DNA of 64,000 nucleotides, from assembly GCF_018350175.1 (NCBI RefSeq), contig NC_058383.1, positions 28,026,001-28,090,000 on the forward strand, read 5' to 3'. The notes beneath the pieces were generated by a model. That model was not told the DNA's origin, searched no databases, and saw only the letters and a program-made list of their open reading frames with translations. A program made the translations under genes and the position numbers. This document shows, in pieces, positions 13,094 through 25,711 of the stretch (within the stretch, counting starts at the first letter, position 1; every line of letters starts with the position of its first letter). Source of the stretch: Felis catus (taxonomy: Eukaryota).

Positions 13094-13498
13094 AATAAAT
13101 GAGTATCACAATGCCAGCTGATGGTGTTATTTGCTTCTGAGCAACTGAAAGTGCCTAAATAAAGGGCATATCTCTTCCGAGGATGCTAATAAGGACAGGC
13201 AAGGTGGTGCTGGGGGACAGTGCTCCGGAAGGCATCAGAAGATCGTAATTCTCACTCACAACTCTGCCATTCATGGGCTGGGTCATTCAGGCATGTCCTA
13301 TAATCCTATCCATACCCTCACCTACAACTACGTCTAGCAGTGTCTGCCCTACTTATCCCACTGCGCCCCCCTAAGAACCATATGAGGTTGACATGTCAAA
13401 GTTCTCCATAAACTTGGAAACACCACCAGCAATAAAAATTCACTGGGCATGAGCTCCCAGGAGGCAGTACAGCATGGTGATTAAGAGACGAAGCACTT

Positions 13499-13724
13499 GG
13501 GGCGCCTGGGTGGCTCAGTCGGTTAGGCATCCGACTTCGGCCCAGGTCATGATCTCACAGTTTGTGAGTTTGAGCCTCGCGTCGGGCTCTGTGCTGACAT
13601 CTCGGAGCCTGGAGCCTGCTTTGGATTCTGTGTCTCCCTCTCTCTCTGCCCCTCCCCTGCTCATGCTCACACTCCGTCTCTGTCAAAAATAAATAAACTT
13701 AAAAAAATTTTTTTTGTTTTTTTA
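13499..13724 (+). mobile_element. CAN-SINE inserted in a MIR
   Basis: TSD aagagacgaagcactt / aagagatgaagctctt. Confidence 0.95.
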
Positions 13725-14586
13725 AAGAGATGAAGCTCTTAAGTCAGGCTACTTGGGTTCAAATAACTTCAGGCAACTTAATTTCTCTAAGCCTCAGTTT
13801 CCCCACTTGTACAACGGTTACAATAATAGTACCTTCCCCACAGAACTGATCTGTGGGTAGGATACGGTGAGGGATGTTCACCAGAAACAAAGAGCAGGGT
13901 TGGGATTCACTGAAAAAACAAAATCTGCACCACACCTCCCAGGAAGGACAGACAAGCTAAAGATCCAGAGAAGGGGTGTGCTCCCACACTCCCTTCTAGA
14001 ATAAAGACTCCAATAATTTGTACTAGTGACTTCCAGCCACGGTCACCCCTAGAGCTCAGTCTCCATGGTAGGTGACACATGGTCAGTGCTCAGTAAAAGT
14101 AAAGGATGACTGGCAGTGAGAGGAACAGGATTCTCAAGGTCTCCCCTTCAGCTTCCCTTCTTACCAATGAGCAGAATCATGATTTGACCTCTCTGTCGAC
14201 TGCACTGGTACCAAAATCTGTTTCCAGAGCCTGCAACCCTAGAGAACTCCATCAGATATGTGTTGGGTACCTCAACCTCAACTTGTCCAAAAATGAATTT
14301 TTTCCTACCTCCCAAATAATTTTACTCCTATTTCTGGACCACCTTTCTCAGTGGGTATCATTTCCATTCACCCAGTTACCCAAGCCAAAGATCACCACAT
14401 GATCTTTCAGTCCTTCTCCTTTGTACTCCACATTCAACCAACAGCCATGTTCTCTTTCCTTCCTAAACCAAGGGCTTAATTTGGGGTCCCTCTTTTCTCA
14501 TGTGGACTTATCTTCCTGGTCAAATATTGCATCTGGAGATCCAGCCATTGCATCCAAATCCCAGGCCAGCAATAGGAGGAATGGAT

Positions 14587-14587
<1 letters not shown>

Positions 14588-14676
<89 letters not shown>

Positions 14677-14680
14677 GAAG
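14588..14680. repeat. (GAAA)n tetranucleotide STR
   Basis: About 22 perfect units. Confidence 0.95.
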
Positions 14681-14889
14681 GTATGCCCCTTCCTCTGAGA
14701 AAATGTCTATACTTCTCTTTGCATTTCACTGGCCACAACTAAATCATAGGACCACAGCAAGTTTCATGACAAACTGCAAACTGCGGGAGTTTTTTGTTTG
14801 TTTTATTTTGTTTTGTTTTTAGACAAATCCATGTCATCCTAATTAAAATTGGGGGTTAAGGTTCTTTTCTTCCTCAAAAATTCAGTCTT

Positions 14890-15110
14890 GGGGTCCCTGG
14901 GTGGCTCAGTTGGTTGAGCATCCAACTTCGGCTCAGGTTATGATCTCACGGTCCATGAGTTTGAGCCCCCCGTCAGGCTCTGTGCTGACAGCTCAGAGCC
15001 TGGAGCCTGCTTTGGATTCTGTGTGTGTGTGTGTCTCTCTGCCCCTCCCCTGCTTGTGCTCTGTCTGTCTCTATCTCTCAAAAATAAGCGGTTAAAAAAA
15101 ATTTTTTTTT
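14890..15110 (+). mobile_element. CAN-SINE
   Basis: TSD aattcagtctt. Confidence 0.95.
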
Positions 15111-15199
15111 AATTCAGTCTTAAAGTCATTAAATGGAATCAAACAAGGGAAGCATCCATGACAAGGGACAGAAGCCTTGGGAATGAGGGTGTTGAAGCT

Positions 15200-15650
15200 G
15201 AAGATGGGTATGTAACCTGAATCTAATCATGAGAAAACACCAGATAACCCCCAAATGAGAGATCTTGTACAAAATAAATGGCCTTTACTTTAAAAGTACC
15301 AAGGTCAAGAAAGTAACAAGGGGACTCAAGAACTCTTTCCAAATGTGACATAGTAACTAAATGCTATGGAGGACTGTGGACTGGAACCTTATAAAAGACA
15401 TTACTGGAATAGTCAGAACGTGAATGGGGTCTGTAGATTAGATGGTAGCAATGTATCAATTTGAATTTCCTGGTTGTGATGGTTTTATTATAATTATGTA
15501 GGATAAGGCCCTTTATTAAGAAATACACAGTAAAGTATTAGAAAATGATGGGCATCACATCAGACACTTATTCACAAACGATGGAGGGTGGTGAATTATT
15601 TGTACTGTAGCTGTAAGTTTTCTCCCAGTTTGAGATATTTTCCCAAAAAG
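15200..15650 (+). mobile_element. Old L1 (L1MC/L1ME-like) 3' UTR fragment
   Basis: aatctaatcatgagaaaaca...gaatggggtctgtagattagatggtagcaatgtatcaatttgaatttcctg resembles old L1M 3' ends. Confidence 0.6.
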
Positions 15651-16549
15651 GGGCAAGGGGGGGTGGTTAGAATTAGGACTTTATTTCAGAGAAGGAGGGA
15701 AAAAGGGAATATGGATGTTTGGATATGCAGATAGCAGGCTCCACCACAGATGGTACTTAAATAATGCATCTGAGGAGGTTATTCCAAGGAAATAATACTT
15801 AAAGCCAGAGCTAAAGATAAAAAGAGAGCCATCTATATGAAGAGCAAGGAGACAAACTTTTCAGGCAGAGGAAACAGCATGTGCAAATAGCTGCACTTGC
15901 TTCAGAGTTATAACCCCCACATTGTGGTTGAAAATAACAAATAAATAGCAACATGGTTGAAAACATACTGTGATTGCTTCAGAAACGTAAGTAAGCCCCA
16001 CTGTAAGCAGACACATGTATCAGTCAGCTACGGCCATAATAATGCTATAGAACAAACAACCACAAATTCTCAGCAAGCATTTATTTCTCATTCAAGCTTT
16101 TGTGGGTTAGCTACAGCAACTCTGCTTGAGGCTGCAGGTCTGCAGTTATGCTGGGGTGACTCTACTCCATGAGTCTGTCATTTTTCCAAGGCTGGTAACT
16201 AACAAAGGCATGCTGTTCTCATGGAGAAGGCAGAAGCACAAGAGGGCAAGCCTCATCACATAAGCACATTTCAGGCATTTAATTGAGTTACGTTTGCTCG
16301 CACCCCATTGGCCAGAGAAAGTCACATGACCAACCCAACAGTCAAAGGGTGGAGAAGTAACCTACACTCACCATCAGGGCAAAGTTACATGGCCTAACCC
16401 AGTGAGGTCAAGAGGCATAGAATGAATATTTATTCAACAATATTCGAATCTACCATAAAGCTCAAACACTTCACAAAAGAGCCTCGGTTAGAAATAGCTT
16501 CTATCTAATCTACTTAACTACTAGATAAGGAGGGAATATGGTGAATGAC

Positions 16550-17072
16550 AAAGCCTTTTTAAGAATTTTGTATGCCCTAGATACGCTGGGGGGGGGGGGG
16601 CTCACCAGATGGTATTTCAAACATATTACAAATTTACCTACATCCTACATTACACGGATTTTTTTCTATCAAATATTTTTGAGAAATTTTCTAAATTTTG
16701 CTTCTGAAATTATTTGGCAATAAGTGACTTATTTATTTTTTGATTGGATATGATTTCTTGGCAATCTCCATATTGAGAAGCTCTTGAAAGTGGGAAATGA
16801 TAATTTCCCAGCGTTTTCAGATGTAATGAAGTCTCTATGAACACTAAATTTAACAATTAGCAATATTGACAAAGTAGCACAGTTTGTAGGAAATTTTTTA
16901 AAATATTCATTAACTCCAACTTTGCCGTTTTCTTTCTGCATTTGGAGTCAATATTTTTCTTTTCCTTTTTTTTTTTTTTTTTTTTTTTTCAGCCACAAAC
17001 ATTTTGGTAGACCCTTAAAAAACTCAAAGATCCCAGAAGGGCCCTGACCCTAATGGGATTAAATCAAGGCTA
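16550..17072 (-). mobile_element. hAT-Tip100 (Zaphod/MER115-like) fossil with degenerate transposase C-terminus
   Basis: Minus strand aagggtctaccaaaatgttt near one end and tagggcatacaaaattcttaaaaaggctttg at the other; translation fragments FKKFPTNCATLSILLIV and SEAKFRK resemble the hAT dimerisation region. Confidence 0.4.
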
Positions 17073-18010
17073 ACTTGGATTGGCCATGAAATGCATACCC
17101 CCTGACGACAAACTCCTGGCCACAGAAAAATTAGAACCTCTAACTACAACAGAACCCAACACATCTAGAAGCCTCGCTGCCTGTGCAAAAGGGTGAATGG
17201 TTCAGCTTAGCTGATCTCAGAGCTCTTAATCACATTCACAATGCCATTCACACTGTATCCACTCCATTTGTAAGGCAAATAAAAATGTCATCTTCCAATC
17301 TTGGCTCATTTCATCTTATATGAAAAGTCTCCCTTCCCAATGTCTTCCTATCATTTCCGTGTTGTGATTAAAAAAACAACAGGTAATAAAAGCTGGCCCA
17401 ACAGCTGGTCCTCCAAGGACCATGATGTGATTGAAGGAGCAATAATTTACCCCAATGCCCCGAGGAAAGTCTGCTCAATAATGTACCACAGCTCGAGTTA
17501 ATGGTAGCAGAGTTAGTTTCACCGAACACGATAAATTGCTCGCTTTCAATTAGTTATACACACATTAAAGGGAGGCAACATACATTTGCAGCAAACATTT
17601 GTATGGACATGAGTTGTCACAAAAATTTAGCTCTCTGCCTCTTCTGGCAATTTGGCAACATTGTAATGATCACCAACCATAGAGGAAATTCCAGAAACGT
17701 AATGAACACTAATCTCTGTGGTTGTCCTGCATCGAGCTCCTGCTCTGTGCCAAGCACTTTACATGTGTAAATGGGATGGTTTAAGTACTGAATGAAGTCA
17801 CATTTATGCTCCTTAGCGTCCCCATCACCTAGTTCGGCACATGGAACATGTTAGCCACTCAAGAAGTACTTGGGTGGGGGCGCCCGGCTGGCTCAGTCAG
17901 GTGAGTGTCAGACTCTTGATTTCAGCTCAGATCATGATCCTAGGGTCATGGGATCCAGCCCCATGCTGGGCTTCAAGCAGGCGGAGCCTGCTTAAGATTC
18001 TCTCTCTCTC

Positions 18011-19406
18011 CCACCAAAAACCATAAAATACCTAGGAATGAATCTAACCAAAGAGGTGAAAAATCTATACACTGAAAACTACAGAAAGCTTATGAAAGAA
18101 ATTGAAGAGGACACAAAAAGAAAATGAAATAATATTCCATGTTCCTGGAAAGGAAGAACAAATATTGTTAAAATGTCGATACTACCCAAAGCAATCTAAA
18201 CATTCAATGCAATCCCTACCAAAAGAACACCATCATTCTTCACAGAGCTAGAAAAAACAATCCTAAAATTTGTATGGAACCAGAAAAGACCCCAAAAAGT
18301 CAAAGCAATCTTGAAACAGAAAACCAAAGCAGGAGGCATCACAATCCTGGACTTCAAGCTACACTACAAAGCTGTAATCATCAAGACAGTATGGTACTGG
18401 CACAAGAACAGACATTCAAATCAACGGAACAGAATAGAGAACCCAGAAATGGACCCACAAACGTATGGCCAACTAACCTTTGACAAAAGAAGAAATGGAA
18501 TTTATTCAATGGAATAAAGACAGTCTCTTCAGCAAATGGAGCTGGTAAAACTGGACAGTGACATGCATATAAATGAACCTGGACCACTTTCTTACACCAG
18601 ACACAAAAAATCAACTCAAAATGGAAGAAAGACCTCAATGTAAGACAGGAAGCCATCAAACTCCTCGAGGAGAAACCAGGCAAAAACTTGTCTGAACTTG
18701 GCCTCAGCAACTCCTTACTCAACACGTCTCCCGAGGCAAGGGAAACAAAAGCAGAAATGAACTACTGGGACCTCATCAAAATCAAAACCTTCTGCACAGC
18801 AAAGGAAACAATCAGCAAAACTCAAAGGCAACTGACAGAATGGGAGAAGATATTTGCAAATGACATATCAGATAAAGAATTAGTATCCAAAATCTGTAAA
18901 GAATTTATCAAACTCAACACCCAAAAAACAAATCCAGTGAAGAAATGGGCAAAAACATGAATAGACACTTCTCCAAAGAAGACATCCAGATGGCCAACCA
19001 ACACATGAAAAAATGCTCAACTTCACTCATCATCCGGGAAATGCAAATCAAAACCACAATGAGATATCACCTCACACCTGTCAGAATGGCTCACATTAAC
19101 AACTCAGACAACAACAGATGTTGGTGAGGATGCAGAGAAAGACGATCTCTTTTGCACTGTTGGTGGGAACACAAGCTGGTGCAGCCACTCTGGAAAACAG
19201 TATGGAGGTTCCTCAAAAAACTAAAAATAGAACTGCCCTACAACCCAGCAATGGCACTACTAAACATTCATCCAAGGGATACAAGGATGCTGTTTCGAAG
19301 GGGCACATGCACCCAATGTTTATAGCAGCACTATCAACAATAGCCAAAGTATGGGAAGAGCCCAAATGTCCACCGATGGATGAATGGATAAAGAAGATGT
19401 GGTGTG

Positions 19407-19440
<34 letters not shown>

Positions 19441-20120
19441 TACATATACACACACACATACAATGGAGTATTACTTGGCAATCAAAAAGAATGAAGTCTT
19501 GCCATTTGCAACTACATGGATGGAACTGGAGGGTATTATGCTAAGCGAAATTAGTCAGTCAGAGAAAGACAAATATCATATGACTTCACTAATATGAGGA
19601 CTTTAAGATACAGAACAGATGAATATAAGGGAAGGGAAGCAAAAATAATATAAAAACAGGGAGGGGGACAAAACATAAGAGACTCTTAAATATGGAGGAT
19701 AAACAGAGGGTTACTGGAGGGGTTGTAGGAAGGGGCCTGGGCTAAATGGGTAAGGGGCATTAAGGAATCTACTCCTGAAATCACTGTTGCCCTATATGCT
19801 AACTAACTTGCATGTAAATTTTTTTAAGTGTTTATTTTTGAAATAGAGAGAGACAGAGCACAAGCAGGGGAGGGGCAGAGAGAGAGGGAAACACAGAATC
19901 TGAAGCAGGCTCCAGGCTGTGAGCTGTCAGCACAGAGCCTGATGAGGGGCTCGAACTCATGAACCGTGAGGTCATGACCTGAGCTGAAGTCGGACACTTA
20001 ACTAACTGAGCCACCCAGGTGCCCCATAACGTGGATGTAAATTAAAAAATAAATAAATCATTTTCAAAAATAAAATAAAATATTAGGTAATGAAGGAAAA
20101 AAATAAAAAATAAAAGGAAA
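18011..20120 (+). mobile_element. 5'-truncated felid LINE-1: ORF2 C-terminal part (disrupted), 3' UTR and A-tail
   Basis: Translates [80 protein letters not shown] and [11 protein letters not shown], with stops and frameshifts. Confidence 0.95.
19821..20025 (-). mobile_element. CAN-SINE inserted in the L1 3' UTR
   Basis: TSD taacttgcatgtaaatt / taacgtggatgtaaatt. Confidence 0.9.
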
Positions 20121-21177
20121 AAAATCTCTTCCTCCCCCTCTGTCCCTCTCCCAGGCTCTCTCTCTCTAAAATAAGAAAAAATAAAAAATAAATTTAAAAA
20201 AAGAAGTATTTGGGTGAATAAATGAAAGATTCTCTTTGACCATATAAGACCCTAAGGTGAGTTAAACCGCCCATTTATCAACACTCCATTTACAAGAAGA
20301 AAGAGGGCAAGGTGTAAAAAACCACCTCACCAGCAATAGCCCTATTCTCAAACAAAACTTAGCTTAGAAGCCAGTGGAACTGTGGAGAGAAGGACGTCCA
20401 TCAGGGGAGACTCAGCATGCTCAGTTCCTTCCCAAATCCTAACATCCACTTCCCAGGAGCCTAGCATGCTATTTTCTGTCTTCCAGTGATTTGTCTCTAG
20501 GTCCTTCTTTCTCCAAGAGTAGGACCTTGTGATTCCAAGCAAGTATCTTGACTGCACACATTCTTAAAACAATAAGTCACTTGTTCACCCCTGCATTGAA
20601 CAATTTGGTGAACTGTTGACAATTTGGTCAGGTACTGGTGATACTGCAGTGAGTAACACATAGATGTGGTCCCTGTCCTCATGGAGCTCACAGTCCAGTT
20701 GAGGAATCAGACAGTCAAACAAACACAATAAAGGATATATAATCAGAAACCTAATTGCTCTGTAGGGAAGGGAGACGGTTTCACAACAGGGAGTTGTGGA
20801 AGGCTTCCAGAGATAGTGTCTGGGTTCTGAAGAATGAATAGGAGCTAAATGGGCAGCTAATGTGGATTAAGGTGGTTCCACAGAAGCAGCAGCATGTGCA
20901 AGAGTTCTGTGGCAGGGTGCCAAACCCAAGGAGTGAGAAGTAGGAGATGAGGGTAAAGAGATGAGCAAGGTCCTGACCATGCAGGACCTTGTAAACCACA
21001 TTGTGGATTTTGATCTTCACCCCAAAATCAACACAAAGCCAACAGAAGGTAGCAAACCTTGATTAGCCAAAATCTTCAATTAACTACATCCTTCTCTGCA
21101 CTTGCATTTTAGGAGAAAGGAGCTAAGAAGTCAAAACATGAGGTGATATGACTTCAGTTTAAAGGAATTCCAGGACT

Positions 21178-21408
21178 GGGGGCACCTGGGTGGCTCAGTC
21201 GATTAAGTGTCTGACTCTTGATTTCAGCTCAGGTCATGATTTTCCGTTTCATGAGTTCGAGCCCCGCATCCAGCTCTGTGTTGGCAGTGCTTCAGACCCT
21301 CTGTCTCCCTTTCTCTCTGCCCCTCCCCAGCTCATGGGTTATTCTGTCTCTGTCTCTCTCTCTCTCTCACTCAAAAATAAATAAAGTTTAAACAAATAAA
21401 TTAATAAA
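21178..21408 (+). mobile_element. CAN-SINE
   Basis: TSD ttaaaggaattccagga / ttaagggatttccagga. Confidence 0.9.
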
Positions 21409-21774
21409 TTAAGGGATTTCCAGGATCTACCTCAGGTTGGTCCATGTGTGTTTTGTCTCATACAATATGTTAACTGTCCCTATTGACCATTCATGGTGTG
21501 CCAGGCACTGTGATGATGTACACTTTATACACAGCATCACATTTCATCCTCACAGTAAGATTCAGGACCTATCACTATCCCCATTTTGCAGATAAGGAAA
21601 CTGAGGGTCACAGGTCAGTAACTTGTCCCACATGACATAGCTACTAAGGAGCAGAGCCAGGACTCAAACCCACATGACTCTCCAAAGCCATTCTCCTACC
21701 CAAAGTGTCAAAGCCATATTGTCCCATCTGGGGTCTCAGGAACTCAAAGTTTCAGACTTACAATACTTGGGTCC

Positions 21775-22010
21775 TGGGACAGGCAAAACAGGTGAAGGGG
21801 AGTGGGAGAGCCAGGCTTCCAGTTATGGGGTGAATAAGTCACAGGGATAAAAGGTGCAGCAGAGGGAATACAGTCCATGGTACACTGTGGCATGGTGACA
21901 GAAGGCAGCTACCCTTGTGGCGAGCCCAGCAGAACATACAGAGAGCTCAGATCACTACGCCTGAAACTAATAACACTGTGTATCGACTACACTTCAATTA
22001 AAAAAACCAT
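21775..22010 (+). mobile_element. Carnivore L1 3' UTR fragment
   Basis: ggcttccagttatggggtgaataagtcacagggataaaagg...cctgaaactaataacactgtgtatcgactacacttcaattaaaaaaa. Confidence 0.75.
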
Positions 22011-23551
22011 TCAAAACAAAAACTCAGGTCCTGCAGGCTCCTTAAACATCAAAGGAAGTCTGGTAAGAGGAGATGTTTGCAGCAAGTCACAGCAGGAAGT
22101 GACATTTTAGAGGAACAACATGGAAGAGGGAACCTCCGCGGCACACCCATAAATACGGGAGGGAGGGAGGTCAGACAGAGCAGGCAGAGACCCAGAGGTG
22201 CGCCTGACTACAGCGGGTCCTGGATGTGCATTAATTCGAGCCACATTGACATGGGAGTTAGGAAAAGTAAGGCAGCCACAGACACACATGGTTACATGAA
22301 ACCATGTTTTCGAGGTGTGGCCCACTGGCAGATCACGGCAAGATGCTTTATCAAACCGCTGCCTGCGCTCTGAGCTTGAAAATGATGCATTGTAGTCAAC
22401 AGGCTTCGGCTCGGGAAGGAGACAGATGCAAAGCGAGAGACACTTTGCCCACTTTTTAATAAATGCGACCAGGGGAGAGAGTTGGCGAGCAATGTCCCGT
22501 CTCCCAAGTCTAAGACTCCACATGAGCAGAGGCCAGGGAGACAGTGGGACAAACAGGATATGAGCCAGGATAACAAGTAACACCTTCAACAAGCCAGAAG
22601 AGTCATTTCTTTTCTTCTCCGTTGACTCTGAGCCCTGGAGAAATGCCACAGCAATTTATAGAAAGAACAGTTAAAGGTAGACAGTGCCTAGATATTATTT
22701 CTGCCAGCTCATGTTAGTTCGTTTGGTAAACATTTTGCATTTGCAAGTTGACACAGTTTAATAATAACTGCCAATGCCAATGGTAAATGCCACCGTGATG
22801 GCGCAAACACCCTTCTGGGCTTGGGGAGGTGGTGCAGTGAGGGCTGGCTTCCTTGCCTCCTGTCCTTTCAGTTGTTATTAATAATGATGATGGTAATTCA
22901 CATTTGTGTAGCTTTGTGATCTCAGAAAGCTTCAGGCTATCCGAGAGCCCCCACCCACCCTACTGCGTTCGCTCCCTCCACAGTGTGCACGATCTGTTCT
23001 GGCCCTCTCTGGAACCTTTGACAAGGTCAGACGAAGCCATACAACTCAGCAGCATCCATGAAAAAGTGGACAAACTAATGACAAACTAAGATGTCGTGGA
23101 CTAACCATGACAAACTAAAATGGCTGCAGAATACAAGAAGGTACGTTAAGAAAGAAGGAGGGATAAAAGCAATAGGGAAGAGTGGGGGTCTGTGGCAAAC
23201 CAGAGAGCATGCCCCGTTCAAAGGTGGGTCAGCTGCTTCTCATCTTGTCCCCGCCATCTGTTTCCATGTGGAAACACAGGCCCAGTGCTGCCAGATCTTC
23301 CAATATACTAAGAGGAACTAAAAGGCCAGAAGCTATACAAACCTCTCAATTAGTATGTGATTACAACTGGATCTTTTTAAACATCATACCAATCAAGCAA
23401 AATACATTTGCGTGATGGAAATAGTCCTTGGGACCCCAGCCTGTGACCTCTAGAGCCACACACCCATAGGGGGCTGTTAAGTTGGAACTTTATCAATTTG
23501 ATAAAAGGGTTCACCACATCAGAGCGAGCCACATTTAAAAGAACAACTCTT

Positions 23552-23777
23552 GGGGCGCCTGGGTGGTGCAGTCGGTTAAGCGTCCGACTTCAGCCAGGTC
23601 ACGATCTCGCGGTCCGTGAGTTCGAGCCCCGCGTCAGGCTCTGGGCTGATGGCTCGGAGCCTGGAGCCTGTTTCCGATTCTGTGTCTCCCTGTCTCTCTG
23701 CCCCTCCCCCGTTCATGCTCTGTCTCTCTCTGTCCCAAAAATAAATAAAAACATTGAAAAAAAAATTTTTTTTAAAA
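23552..23777 (+). mobile_element. CAN-SINE, young felid subfamily
   Basis: Perfect TSD aaaagaacaactctt; near-consensus CpG-rich body. Confidence 0.95.
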
Positions 23778-23890
23778 AAAAGAACAACTCTTTACAGTTT
23801 TACATGTACTAGCATTCACCTGGTTGCCATTAACAGGAATCCAACTCAAAGTGGCTTAAGCAAAAACGGGGATTTAATAAAATGATAGTT

Positions 23891-24195
23891 GGGGTGCCTG
23901 GGTGGCTCAGTCAGTTAAGCGTTCAACTTCGGCTCAGGTCACGATCTCACAGTTCGTGAGTTCGAGCCCCACATTGGCTCTCTGCTGTCAGCTCAGAACC
24001 TGGAGCCTGCTTTGGATCCTCTGTCCCCCTCTGGGTCCCTCCCCAGCTCATGCTTTCTTTCTTTCAAAAATAAATAAACATTAAAAAAAATTTCTTAAAA
24101 AAAATACTATTCTACTCCTGAAGGCAAGACTATGCTGTATGTATGTTAACTAACTTGAATTTAAATAAAAAAAATAATAAAATAAAATAAATAAA
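23891..24195 (+). mobile_element. CAN-SINE followed by a short L1 3'-terminal piece, inside one TSD
   Basis: SINE 23891-about 24104; L1 end tctactcctga...gttaactaacttgaatttaaataaaa at 24111-24170; TSD aataaa[a/g]tgatagtt. Confidence 0.8.
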
Positions 24196-24759
24196 AATAA
24201 AGTGATAGTTAAAGAAAGGTTAAACAATCAAAACAAGGGGAAGGTAGGTAAGAGAGTACGCTTCAGAAAGATCTGGAACCAGGGCCCCAGAGCTCACCAG
24301 GGCTCATATGACCCTGCCTTTCACCTCTGTTTCCCTCTGCACATCAGATTCATATCTCCCACTGCAAACTGGCCTCCTCCCCAACCACCGAAGTTCCCAA
24401 GATTTGCATCATGGGCCTCCCGTGCTCAAGGAAGTGCTGATTAATATTATGTTCCACACACAACTCCCTGGCCGCCACAACACCAAACAAGGGAAGACTT
24501 CTGACTGCACCAGCTCAGTGCAGATGCTCCTAGGTGGGCAATCCACCTGTGGGCCAGCTTCACTGAAATGCCCTCCCCCTGAGCAAGGCAACCTTGGCCG
24601 GGGGGTCAACGTGGAAGAGTTTTACAGCCCCCACCACGGTCCTGCAGAGGGTGAAGCCGTTGCCGGAGAAAAGTGGGGTCCTGGGCACAGATGGGTCCAG
24701 AGACCCACCACTGTCTGTTCGTTCTACATCACAGACAGTGACTGGGAAGGAGAGTGACC

Positions 24760-25350
24760 ATGATGGTCACCCCACAGGGCTGCACAGCTCATTGCCCAGC
24801 TGCCAGGAAGTTGGCCCCGGACAGATCACCACTGAGTCTGCCCCAGAAATCCCCCTTGGCCAGAGAGAGCTGCCTCACCCCAGGGGGCAGGCCCCATCTC
24901 AAGCTGGGCACAAGGCTGAAGGCCTTTCCCAGCTTCCGAGCTCCAAGCGGGATTAGCTGAGGCTTCCACAGCTACCTCATCACAAGCTAGCCTCCCCCTC
25001 CGCTTAATCCTGCTTCCCTCACTGCTTCATAGGACTGTCTCCCCTGCCAACTTCCGGCAGGCAAATCTCCATCTCAGAGACTGTTTCTGAAGAAGACAAC
25101 CTAGGAGAGTTGATATCAAGAAGGAACCCAGGACTCAGATTCTAAAATGTACTGTGTCGCGGGCTCACCCACTGCTGACGGGCAGGGAGAGCCCAGGGCT
25201 GACGGAAGATGGAACTGTCATCCCTTTTGGAATGCCGTGGTAGCACAATCGTTAGCCTTACCACAAGAGGCGACCAGGGGTGGGCTACTGGTGGAAGGGG
25301 GCATGATGTGACAGCTCAGGAGTTTGAGAGGTTCGGGAGAAGTCATAACA
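24760..25350 (+). mobile_element. LTR16-like LTR plus start of ERVL internal region (ERV3-16A3_I-like)
   Basis: taatcctgcttccctcactgc...gcaaatctccatctcagagactgtttctg...aacctaggaga, then gttgatatcaagaagg...tactggtggaagggg...aggagtttgagagg. Confidence 0.55.
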
Positions 25351-25521
25351 GATCCAGGTCTCATACACGTGGAGACAGAGAGAAAACAGATTCGACCCCA
25401 AATCCCTAGCACAACACAGACCTTCCCAGAGAATGGGGCTCAGTCATTTATGCCGAGAAATAGTTCCCCTTTCAGGTTCAGTCTCCTTGCATGCAAAAAG
25501 GGAGTCCCTTGACACTTAGCT

Positions 25522-25657
25522 GGGGCACCTGGGTGGCTCAGTCGGTTAAGCGTCTCTTGATTTCAGCTCAGGTCACGATCTCACAATTTATGAGATCAAG
25601 CCCTGCATTGGATTCTCTCTCTCCCTCACTCTGTGCCCCTCCCCCACTCATGTGCAC

Positions 25658-25697
<40 letters not shown>

Positions 25698-25711
25698 AAA
25701 TTAACATTTAA
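25522..25711 (+). mobile_element. CAN-SINE with internal deletion
   Basis: TSD aaaaagggagtccctt at 25495-25510 and 25712-25727. Confidence 0.85.

Larger units (their letters stand above)
17876..20200 (+). mobile_element. CAN-SINE split into two parts (17876-18010 and about 20122-20200) by an L1 insertion
   Basis: 5' half ends in (TC)n at 18010; 3' half (cctctgtccctctcccaggctctctctctctaaaataa) resumes near 20122; outer TSD aagaagta[c/t]ttgggt at 17861-17875 and 20201-20215. Confidence 0.85.

Noticed and set aside
18274..19597. L1 ORF2-like ORFs as an active retrotransposon
   Set aside because: 5'-truncated, lacks promoter, ORF1 and endonuclease regions, and has multiple stops and frameshifts.
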